The notes beneath the pieces were generated by a model, which saw only the letters and a program-made list of their open reading frames with translations, had not been told where the DNA came from and made no database searches. 64,000 nucleotides of DNA from Octopus sinensis. Taxonomy: Eukaryota. The stretch covers positions 122,822,001 through 122,886,000 of the forward strand of contig NC_042999.1 of NCBI RefSeq assembly GCF_006345805.1. The letters run 5' to 3'. Below, piece after piece: positions 52,501 through 64,000 of the stretch. A program made the translations under genes and the position numbers. Every line of letters starts with the position of its first letter. The first letter of the stretch is position 1.

Positions 52501-55500
52501 ATCATTATTATTATTATTATTTTAAATCTGCTTTTCTCTCTTGATATGGCTTAATCAATTTATTTTGCCTAGTGCTAATTAGAGAGGGTCTCAGCCATGG
52601 TATGTACCAGGGGACCCATCATTATTTAAAACAAGTACTGAGTTATAAAAAATTCAATTCTATATTATAAGTGGTAAGTATAGCTGTGTGTGTGTGTGTA
52701 TATAAAAGTGAGTTGTCAAATATATATGTAAATGAAAACAGCCTTCTACATTCAGTGAGTTTTGTGATACTTGATAACACTCTTATTCCAGTTTACATAC
52801 ATTATTAGCAGTAGAGTCCAGCTTGGCTATCCCAGTCACATATATTTGGTAACTTCTTTTATTTCAATTACAATCTTAGATATTTTAAACTTTTTCCACC
52901 TATTATCATTCAGGTCTACTCACTTCCTTATCTATATATTTTGAAACAATTTTAATTTATAAATCATGTGAAAGTCATGCATTATAAATCTCTCCTTTTA
53001 ATTATTTTCAAATGATAATTTTTATCAAAGTTGTTGAAATCATAATCTATGCACAGTGTGATTAAAGTTAGTCTAACCTATATATTTTTTATCCACTGAT
53101 AATTTTATTTAATTTATCCAACAATTTTAGGATTAATATCTCTTCTTTCAATGAATGCTCAAATTATCTTTTCCTTTGAATACTCAAATTATCTCTCCAA
53201 CTGTTGCAATTCTTGATATTTCCTCATGCATATTTTTGATAAATATAGTTAATTATTGGTCCCCATTAATTTTAATTGCTAAACTTTATGAACTGATGCA
53301 TTTACTCATTTAATTTTCATTGTTCTTTATCCTAAATGTATATATATATTGACATTTTCAGCTCATATGAAAATGGAATTTAATTATTTCTAATCCTCAG
53401 ATTGTCTATTTTACTACATCTCTCTTTTATATTTATCATATATTCTTCTGCAGAAAAATGTATAATTTGTTCTCACATAGAGTTAATTACACCTACCTAC
53501 AAAGTATTTGTTCTTGCTGTGTTTTCACAACAATTCCTATAAGCATATAATATTCCAAATTTAACTTCACTAAACACCAATATCTCATTGCCTTAAATTG
53601 TAGACATTCCTTAATGTAATTTTGGGAGAATTGCTGAGGGGATTTCTCAGCAACTCCAATCTAGTATTACTGATCAAGGGACTAAAACATTTACCTTACT
53701 CAATATCTTTGTTAACTCTTCTTCTCCTTTAGTCCCAAAACACATCGACTATCTAACCTTTCAAATACAGTTGACAGAAAAATAATAAATTTCTAATGTA
53801 ATTTCTACTATAGGAATTACCAAAGACTGTACAGCTGTTATTTCAATAAAAAGAACAAACGTCTTTGAATAATGAAAGAAAATCTTATTGGACCTAGTTA
53901 ATAATATCTTTCTATCCAGTCATAATTCTCAGATATGGGGTTTTCAAGAATATGAAAAATATTTTCACCTCCATACACATACATCAGCTATACTTTCTTC
54001 TGTAGCTTCTCACTAGGATCAATCTATTGTTGTTGTCAGTTCAATCCACAGATGTAGTTCTTCAGCTGAACTGCTTGTTCAGAATTATTTCCTCTGCAGC
54101 CCTATCATTTAATGCACAATAGTTTTCTTTCAATGCTTATACTTTATAATTTGCTCATTATGAAACTATAACTAGTAAAATGAATATTCTACATACTCTG
54201 TACAAGCATAGCTATTGATTGCAGTGATATTGTTGTTAAAACTTACAGATACTGAAACTCTAACCTATATTTCCTTCTTATCAAATCTCATATGTCTGTT
54301 CAAAAGTATTTCCTTTAAAGTATAGAAACTGTTTAAATATGCCATATTTTAATGGGTTACTTCTCTGTCCCATTACCTTTTCAACAAATTTATATAATCT
54401 CAAATGTGTCCAAAATATACGAAAATGAAAACTTTCTGGCACAGTTCAAATATTCTTCCTTGTACAAGCATCAGTTACAGCTCTAAAATACCTGATTAAT
54501 TAATTATACCTTTACTTTTGTCATACAACTGTAGCTTTTTCTTCTTGAAAACAAATTGTATACATATTAACAGAGCTTTTATGTCAAGACTCTGTAGTAG
54601 TTTTTGCCAAGGTTCATTGATGACAACTTAAGTAAAATACTTTACAATCTCAAACAAAATTTATAAATGAGCTCTCATTCCTGAGACTACATCAATAATC
54701 TCTTCTCAGTCATTTCCATCCATTGTCATGCACAGTTGACAACATATCTACTATTACTCTCTCCATCTACATTATATATAATCCTAACTTTAGTAGCACT
54801 CATCATATCTGTACATTTACAATTAAGATTAATTTTCAGTTCATTGGGTATTTAGGTTTTTTATGTAATAACATTTTAACAAGAATTTATGGGGTGGTGG
54901 GGAAATATGCCTACTTTTAGAAGCAGATATAATCAAATAAACTAACTTTAATATTCAACTGACACTTTTTTAATCTACTCTGTAGAAGTGAAAGTAGAGT
55001 TGACCCTGGTATTTGGACTCAGGGCATAAATACCACAAGCAATGATAACATATAAACATTATTCATCTTCAGAAAATATTTTATCTCTCATGAGGAATTT
55101 AAAGCTAAAACAGTGTGTTACACAGGCTAAGACTAATGAATACATCAACACAACAGTGAAGGAACTTCTATGTGATTATTCAAGCTGACAGGAATAGTTT
55201 TCCCTAATCAGCCCTTGCTATTTTTAAAAAAGGCATGTAGGATTACATAATCCCAAAGAAAAGACAGGATGACCATAGCTAGACTGTGTGAATAATAGGT
55301 TTGCTCAATCAGGGCTAACATGGGGCTGAACCACAACAACAGCAACTTCATTGTGAAATTTTCTTCAAAGTTGGCATTGTAATGATTGCAAATTTTTAGA
55401 AAGAGATTGAATTACCTTTTCAAAATCAAAAATATCCTTAAAATAATCAGAATCACAGATCATTTAGATGGTCAAGACACAATCTTCCATCAGATACTAA

Positions 55501-55557
55501 CACCATAATTAAAATTCTTCAATCATCAATTTGTAACCAAAGAGAGTATGTAGATTT

Positions 55558-55967
55558 ACTCTCTTACTCTTTTACTTGTTTCAGTCATTTGACTGCAGCC
55601 ATGCTGGAGCACCGCCTTTTAGTCGAGCCAATCGACCCCAGGACTTATTCTTTGGAAGCCTAGTACTTATTCTATCGGTCTATTTTGCCAAACCCCTAAG
55701 TTACGGGGATGTAAACACATCACCATCGGTTGTCATGCAATGATGGGGGGACAAACACAGACACACACAACATATACACACACATACATATATATACATA
55801 TATACGATGGTCTTCTTTCAGTTTCCGTCTACCAAATCCACTCACAAGGCTTTGGTTGGCTCGAGGCTATAGTAGAAGACACTTGCCCAAGGTACCACAC
55901 AGTGGGAATGAACCCGGAATCATGTGGTTGGTAAGCATTCTACTTACCACACAGCCACTCCTGCACC
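55558..55967 (-). mobile_element. tRNA-derived SINE, family A, near full length
   Basis: Head ggtgcaggagtggctgtgtggtaagtag..ggttccgggttcattcccactg; tail tgactgaaacaagtaaaagagtaagagagt. Confidence 0.9.
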
Positions 55968-58799
55968 TATAAATAAATGCGAGCTCACCAGGATTGATAA
56001 ATATAATTTAAAAAGGAAGATATGGTACTTACACTTTTCTTATATTTGCTTTTGTATGTTTCTCTTACTCAGATTATAACTCCTTTTTATTCTTTTGGCC
56101 ATTGGAATTGTAAAGAAACTTAAAGATAGGATATTGGATGATATCAATAGAAACATTTGCAGTGAAATAGTAACATTTCCTGTAGGAAATTTTCCACCAA
56201 CAATTTAACTTTGTTAGAAAATTACTTGAGGAGACAATGGTAGGCATCAATCAGTTCTGTTATTGAGTTACAATCTTGTCTGTAGGTGAATGCATACTAT
56301 CATGTTAAGTATGCCTCTTGAAACAATTATGATAAATAACGTTTCTATATCACACAATTAAACAGATTCTATGTTAATAGCAGCTGCACCTGTTATTTTT
56401 CACTAAGGAAAAAGTAGAAAATTAACAAATAAACTGAGTGTGCAAAGAAGCAGTATTAAATATCAATGATATTGTAGTTATGGACATGATACAAGTAGCA
56501 AGAATATGTCTCCAGCTTCATAAGTGAACAAATCAATAGAAATAATCTCTACACACTGTCAGAAGAATTTGTCTGTCAGTATATTATTATTGTCAAACCC
56601 TCAAGTTAGCTCTGAACAGTCTTATGATCAATGACATTCCAGCCATAACCATCTCATCATTATATTTTTTCTAAACTTAAAGATACATTGTCCAACAGGT
56701 CATTACTACCTTTAAGTTAAGTTGATTTGAAGGGAATTTGGCCTATATTCCTAGCCTGTTGTGCTATCATGCAAACACACCCTTGTTGACTCATTCAACA
56801 CAATGTCTTTTTCTTTTCTATCTGGATTTTATTACCAATACTTTAACTAAATTTCCTGGCTTACAACTTTATCCATCAATAATACCTCCAATATCCACCC
56901 CTTTCAGCAGTCTATAGCTACTCAATATACACACTGACTTTACTAATCTTACTAAATTACCCTACTTTTCCAACCTCTCCACTCCAAGAAGTCTCAATTC
57001 CTTTCTTGAAATAAAATAAAAATAATTTGCCCTTATAAATAACATCAAGACATTACTGCTCACCTCTTTTGTATCTGGATATTTTCATGGCCTAACTCTT
57101 AAGTTTATATTTCATTGCTATTAAATCAATCTCATCGTTGTTTTTGTTATACAATTTACCATTTTATTAGAGAATCAATTTCTCTAATTCTCTAAACTTC
57201 TTCCCATTAAACCTTTTAATACAAGCACCTAGATTACTTTGGATTTGTGTTACTTCAAAGCTTACTTTTTTTTTAATAGACCTATTGATCTGTTATTGCA
57301 CACACTATCATTTCACAATCTTCTATAAGTCTTGTAGTGACACCTTTTTCTATTTAGATTTTGTTTTTATTTAGGTGACTTTTCTAATGCACAGTTACAA
57401 TTTCATTCTAAGGTATAAAATTAGCTCAGTTAAATTAGCTCGCAAATCTTATTTATTTTATCAAGCCTTGGGAAACTTATAAAAAAAAAGCAGCCTGAAG
57501 TTAGACTAGTAAGATCCTGATTTTAAATATAGTAAATCATTAATCTGTCTCTCAATCTCTATTAATTCCCAGGTTCTACTAAATTATATCTATAATGAAT
57601 ACAGACCACAATAACAACTGAGGTTGACATTCTAGTGTTAAATATCAGTTCTGTGTATTACTTTATGTATAATGAAAGAATTATCTTATTCTGAAGAAAA
57701 GTAGTAAGAGAGTAAATGCTTGCTTGATACATTAATGTTGACCAATTAGCCATTAGTAATGTGGGAGGGGACACATTTGTGGTAATTAGTATCAAAACAG
57801 ATTCAATTATTCACTTATCCAGATGGAATTCAACAAATACCATTAAGAAATAGAAATTTCAATTCTCAATATGAAAAGCCTTTCTAGAACTTGGCTTTTC
57901 TCTTCATATCTACAATGAAAAGTATTTATCAAAATTATAACTTTGTTCTTTTTCATAATTTGGGTTGTTCAGATATCTGTGCACATATGTCAATACACAT
58001 GTGAGGGACGTAATAAATGTTTGATGAATATATGTATGTAATGATTTAAAGCCAAATAGAAATTCTTCTGCAGCATTTCTCCTCTCTTTGATTTTGTGAT
58101 GTTTTAACAATGTTGTTTACTTGATATCAGACATACTGCTGCCTATAAAAGTCAAATTTGGACAATAAAAGTAAAATTGTTACTCTAACAAGAGAAAAAG
58201 TTAATGTGTGTGTGTGAGTACATACATATACATTTCTTTCAAACTCCTGATAGTGCCCATAGATATTATTTTATCAGAATTTTATGGTATCAAATAGAGG
58301 GAAGGCATGCTTACCTATAATAAAATAGCAGTTTATGAAATTCATGTAGATTATTAATTATAGAAAACAAACAAACTCAACTCATTTCTAGCTCATCTCC
58401 ATTTCATCAGAATGCTATCATAAAAATAACAGTTTATTTGTTTGTTAGGTCTCATAATAAAGTTAAACCAGGCCCAGAAAATATCAGATAATAAAATTTA
58501 TTGGTAGACAATATCTCAAATCTGTTATTTTGTTTGCTTGTATACACATCAATTTCTCTGATTAGGAATATTGCTACCTGATAATACAACCCTACACTTT
58601 GTTAGAAAATATTCTAAAGATCAGTTATAAATTCCCTTTTATACTTAGATGCCAAAATGAAGTTGTCATAGAATTGATGATTATAAGGAGGAGGAGGAGG
58701 AAGAGGATGGATATTATGAATCATTTGAAGGCATAGCTGCTGCATTGTTAGTCATTTTAGAAATAGTTTCATAATGCTGTACAACTGGATCACAACGGT

Positions 58800-58889
58800 A
58801 CATATTCTAAAATTGGAATGATACAGAGAAGATTAGCATAGCTCCTGTGCAAGGATGACATGCAAATTCGTGAAGTGTTCCATTTTTTT
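58800..58889 (+). pseudogene. U6: U6 snRNA retrocopy, 5'-truncated
   Basis: ACATATTCTAAAATTGGAATGATACAGAGAAGATTAGCATAGCTCCTGTGCAAGGATGACATGCAAATTCGTGAAGTGTTCCATTTTTTT. ACAGAGA box at 58823-58829. Four CpG>TpG changes versus canonical U6; the 5' stem-loop is missing. Confidence 0.95.
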
Positions 58890-58893
58890 ATAA

Positions 58894-59048
58894 ACGTTCT
58901 GAGTTCAAATTCCGCTAAGGTCAACTTTGCCTTTCATCCTTTCAGGGTCGATAAATTAAGTACCAGTTACGCACTGGGGTTGATATAATCAACTTAATCC
59001 GTTTGTCCTCTCTGTTTAGCCCCTTGTGGGTAGTAAAGAAATAGATAT
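58894..59048 (+). mobile_element. 5'-truncated family B SINE directly downstream of the U6 copy
   Basis: acgttctgagttcaaattccgc..ttagccccttgtgggtagtaaagaaatag is colinear with about 27092-27250. Confidence 0.88.
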
Positions 59049-60699
59049 TGAGAATATATTTTGTCTGGTTTTGAAAATAATATTTTGAATCAATAAAAAG
59101 AAGGGGTATTAGTTTGTTTGTTTGTTGGTTTCTGAAGTTTGAGATGAACAAGTATGTTATTTCATTGAATTTCTCAATCTTGTTAAATTTTAATTGATGC
59201 TGTAAATGTCCTCAGAAACACTTCTTTGTTTAAATTGTCCATTTGAACCCTTTGTAAGAATTATATCAGTACCACTACTGATGGAGTCACTGGAGAATCA
59301 CTTAAGATCATTGCCTTTATAGAGTGTATCAATCTCTTGAAGTTCTAATGACATCAAAAGGATTAACAATGCATTTTCCTGTTATACAATGTTGCTGTAT
59401 CTTATAGAATTGAACTTTACCACATCATTGTACTGTGTCTTGATCCAAGACACTTCACTAGCAATAACACTTCTGTCAGTATGTCAACATCCTATTAATT
59501 TGACAATATGACACCATTGTATTCTTTAACATGAAAATCTGAAATAACCATTATCATTGAGATGGTGTTTTTAAAATGTAGCCTCTCTGGAGTTTACAGA
59601 GTTTGTAATTTGAAAGCAAATATTTATGTTAATAGCCTTTTAGTGTTATATTACTTGTTCATTTATATTCACTTGTGATAGTATGAAATTACTGCAGGGT
59701 CTGTAATATATTTCTTTATGTTTCCAATTATTTCAGATATGAGATACATTGTATATGTCACACTATGTTGATAACAACTAATGAACATATATACTTCATG
59801 TAGTGTTTTTCATGGAAGCAAATTTTAATTAGAGGAGATTTCCAGCTTTTAATATCTGTGATGAACATTGATTTTTGAGACTGCAATATTCTGTGCTGCT
59901 CTTCCCTTAAAAGGCTTCAAAAAAAAAACACTGATTTACCCTAAGTTTAAAAGATCAAAATAGTGAGCTAGTTTTAGTGAATGAAATGTTATAGGAGCCA
60001 GTCAATATCAATCACATGCTTATATTTTTACATGTTACACATGTTGAAAGCTGGTTCAACAGTTCAAGGTGAGCAATTGCACTTATCAATATGCACTTTA
60101 AAGATTTTTAGATAACTACTGAAATTGATCATCTAGAAGACATCAAATTAAGTTACAAGGTTTCCAATAATTATTTCCATGCATGTATAGAGTTGATGAA
60201 GAAATAATCTAACTTGGGATTATTTTATTTCAACTTTGACAGTTCTTGTGCTATCATAGAAATCAAGCATTGGTTTCTATGCCCCTGTTTTTTCATGCTT
60301 ATATTTTTTGTTGCAATTTGTTTCACTAATCTCAAGGATGGTATATTATTCCTATTGCTCATGACTAGACCAAACTATAAGCCAAAGACATACTAAATGT
60401 ACAAAATAAGATAAAATATTTACATAAAAATAGGTATTATCTTATATTTTCACGTTCAACTAAAGTTTTGTTTTCACATTATAAACAGAACAGTGGAAAA
60501 AGTAATGAGATAAAATAACGGGAACTATGTTACTTCTAATGAAAACAGAAGCCATTAATCTTAACTAATATACAAATTTGATGAGGAGATGACATAGGAC
60601 TGGGAGTTGTGGTGATTTGCTATATTTGAGAAAACATATTAGGCTAAATAAAATCATGGTCGCCCATACATACAGGCATGTCTTTTGCAGGTGCCAATG

Positions 60700-61015
60700 T
60701 CCGCAAGATTGCATTCATGTTAGTGCCACATAAGATGCACTCTTGCCAGTTCTGCATTAAGTGCACTTATGCTGGTGCCACATAATATGCACTTGTGTAA
60801 GCTTCCAACAAAGTCTGTAAAGTGGTTTGCATCAGGAAGTGCATCCAGCCATAGAACCATGCTGAAACAAACAACTGGAGTCTGGACAGCTCCCCAGCTG
60901 GCCAACTCTTGTCAAACCATCCTTCTTATGCCTGCATAGAAAATGGACATTAAATGAGGGAGAAGGAGGAGGAGGTGGTGGTGGTGGTGGTGGCGGCGGC
61001 GACGACGACAACGAT
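60700..61015 (+). mobile_element. Family C retroposon with a drifted trinucleotide tail
   Basis: gtgccacataa..gcac units, ggaagtgcatccagcc, gaaaatggacattaaatg, then a GAG/GTG/GCG/GAC run. Confidence 0.65.
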
Positions 61016-61424
61016 TGGGATTTGAAGTTTAGGACTCTGTTTACCCAAAGATAGATTTTGTCATTCTGAGATACTGCTTGCTGTAATTCATTTTAAGCAT
61101 AGTATTGTGCTGCAGATGTATTCAGTTGTTTTGAGAAGAATTCTGTAATTTTTTTTTTTTTATCATCCAAGATTATTTTTGATTCATACTTATTCTTTAA
61201 TTACAATTCCTTTTCTATGTTTACCAAGTAACATATTACATTTGGGTACTATTTAAATATTCTACCGAAGAATTTCTTTTGAGAAAGAGAATAATTCTTC
61301 TTATTAATCAAGAAATAATTTATTGAAAATGTAGCTCTAATTTCCATCAGTTTTGGTGCGAGAAGGATATAGTTATTTTATTCAATACAATTACATTACA
61401 GTTACATTTTATATTCAGTAAAAT

Positions 61425-61660
61425 CATCATCATCATCATCATCATTATCATCATCATCATCATCAACATCATCACCTTCATTTGATACTCATGTTCAATG
61501 TTGGTATGAGTTGGGTAGTTTGGCAGGATCCAATAGGCCCAAGGACTAATTATATTCCATTGTCTACTTTGGCATGGTTTCTATGGTTGGATGCCCTTCC
61601 CAACACCAGCCACTTGTATGTGCTGGGTGCTTTGTTTTCATGCCACCAATGCAAGTGTTG
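61425..61660 (-). mobile_element. Family C retroposon 3' fragment
   Basis: (cat)n tract, then ttggcatggtttctatggttggatgcccttcccaacaccagccac..gggtgctttg. Confidence 0.65.
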
Positions 61661-62910
61661 TTACCATGTAGTTTGAAAGACTATAACCCCAAGAGAGGCA
61701 GTTTTATCCTAGGAGGTGAGGGGATAAACTATGCAAGAAGGGCTGAAGTAGAGGAGCTAGACCTTTTAAACAGACTGTTCTCATTACTTATTCTCCTATT
61801 TGTGATGCTACTTGCTCCTTTGTTTAACATGTATGTATACTCTCAAGGTAAGAATTGCAGTTTACCTAGAGGGTATGAGTTCAATTCTTGAATCAGTAAA
61901 TTTATTTATATACTTTAATTCAATGATAAAGAGCAAATAGCATCACAAATATGATAAAAACTAATACAAGAATATTCTGAACGTGAGAATAATTTAACCC
62001 TTGAATGTGATTAATTGGATTTAGTTCAAAATTCTAGAAATGTTACCAAATAAGAGTGTTACCTAAAGATGGCAGAAGGTAAAAATGGTCAAAACATGTA
62101 GCTATAGTAACTAAGATTAGGTTACTACTCCAAATAAGTCAGAGTGTAAGAATTTCTTATCTTGGAATTTCAGACAAAAGTTAAAGGTGCTTTGTTTGAA
62201 TCCAATCAGAAATATTTTAGAATAAGTCACTTGATGATGATAAAGATCCAAACAAAATAAACATAGTGTAACTATATATACTATAAATACAATAAACTTT
62301 TCAAATAACCACCTCCTTAGGATTTGAGATGCCATCTTTGTAAATTTTCCATTGTCTCTCAAAAAAAAAAAATTTAATTATTATGACATAAATAAAATGG
62401 GGTACAGTAAATAAGAAATAGAGATACGATATGATGAACACTACTTTATTAACTGATGAATGTGAAAAAAGAAATTTTAGCAAAACACAAACAAAACATT
62501 AAAAAACAGCACTTTTGAAATAGCATAAACACAAAAACAAAATTATCAAACATTATAAATTTATATCACTAGAGAATTACATGAATATCTTAATAACAAT
62601 TTTCAAAAATACCATTAGCTTGGATTTTTCCATTATTCTGATATTGTTATTGTGGAGGCTTAGTGCACACTATACACACTCTAAAGATGGGGTTTGATAG
62701 CTTAACAAATTATAGTCTTGTTAATAGCGTTTGTTATTTTTCCTTAGATTTTAAGTCTAACCATACAAATTTTTAGCCTGCTGCATTGAGTCAAAATCAT
62801 CTTTCTTGTCAAAAATGACAGTAAGATTTTAGCTGGGAAAACTATAAAAGCATAGATGTGTGTGTGTGTGTGTGTTTGTGTGTGTGTGAGAGAGAGAGAG
62901 AGTGTGTGCG

Positions 62911-62952
<42 letters not shown>

Positions 62953-63084
62953 TATGTGTGTGTGTGTTTTGCTAGCTAGCTAGACAGGCAGATAGACAGA
63001 TAGATTGATTGATTAAATTTGCTTTCATTAGCTTTCACATATTTTTCAAGTGATTCTATTTTTGCTACAAAGTATATGTGTATG

Positions 63085-63465
63085 TGTATCAATGGAAATT
63101 GCAGATGTGTTACCAGTGCCGGTGGCATGTAAGAGAACTTTCCGTTTCGCGACCGTTGCCAGCACCGCCCCGTTTCGTGTCCGTTGCCAGCCTCGCCTGG
63201 CCCTCGTGCCGGTGGCACATAAAAAGCACCATCCGTTCGTGGCCGTTTGCCAGCTCTGTCTGGCACCAGTGCGGGTGGCACGTAAAAAGCACCCACTACA
63301 CTCACGGAGTGGTTGGCGTTAGGAAGGGCATCCAGCCGTAGAAACACTGCCAGATTTGACTGGGCCTGATGAAGCCTTCTGGCTTCACAGACCCCAGTAG
63401 AACCGTCCAACCCATGCTAGCATGGAAAACGGACGCTAAATGATGATGATGATGATGATGATACA
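63085..63465 (+). mobile_element. Family C retroposon (young, CpG-rich)
   Basis: Three gtgccggtggcac-type modules, conserved 3' end and (GAT)n tail. Confidence 0.88.
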
Positions 63466-64000
63466 TAGATACATGTGTGTGTGTATGTGTGTGTATGTCA
63501 GTGTAAAAGTATATATCTATATATACATATATAAGTATATTTGTCAACATATTTCTGACAATGTCCTTTTTTTTTTAGAAGTATTTTCTGCTTACAATAA
63601 GTAAATTGCCCAGCTGTCTACTGTATGCATTAGATTTTGCTGTAACCAAAAATATATTACTTCCTCCTTAACAGTACCATTAACAATTAAGATGCTAATA
63701 GCAAATAGTGGACTAAATCAATTTCTTAGTTGAATAATGAATGACCAATACTTTTAAAACATACCTTCTCAGTGTTAATTTGAAGAAATTTCGCTTGTTC
63801 TCATTTACTACTAGAAAATTTCTAATATCTATAATAAATATTGAAGCATTAGCATTTCTCACATTCTCTTTTGCTGGAGAAATGCCATGTAGGCAATGAA
63901 CAATGGACCTGTTGTATTTGTGATAGTTGCACTGTACTCATATATAGCAGCATGGTTCAAAATCAAACAACCTTCACCATATTCGTCAGCTTTTGTGTAA

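Noticed and set aside
56800-57400. Purine-skewed minus-strand stretch suggestive of an ancient LTR or LINE remnant (similarly 53900-54900)
   Set aside because: No diagnostic motif could be read; too degenerate to call.
58800-58889. Functional U6 gene
   Set aside because: The 5' stem-loop is missing, there are multiple CpG-type and other substitutions, and it is fused to a SINE.
61574-61891. 105-aa ORF with a hydrophobic segment
   Set aside because: The N-terminal part is antisense family C repeat; likely a chance fusion.
62976-63410. 100-144-aa ORFs here, at 5126-5437, 47072-47545, 13306-13656 and 21207-21572
   Set aside because: They lie in GC-richer retroposon 3'UTR copies, and the frames are not conserved between copies.

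Overview
AT-rich, repeat-dense eukaryotic DNA. The SINE/LINE families and microsatellite content resemble octopus (coleoid cephalopod) genomes; this is inferred from recognition, not from a search. No host gene could be identified with confidence. Nearly all ORFs in the track are microsatellite or repeat translations, and only a few weak minus-strand exon candidates remain. Recognisable mobile elements are: CR1/L2, RTE (near full length, internally deleted), RTE-X, R4/Dong and Penelope-like (PLE) retroelement remnants; a mariner fragment; piggyBac-type and fold-back MITEs; and at least four tRNA-SINE or LINE-tail families. The most notable signals are: (i) several minimal type-I hammerhead ribozyme motifs with palindromic stem III, in a PLE-derived cluster at 2.0-3.2 kb; (ii) a 927-bp, about 99%-identical palindrome at 20.3-21.2 kb with a hammerhead in each arm; and (iii) a U6 snRNA retrocopy joined almost directly to a 5'-truncated SINE at 58.8-59.05 kb.
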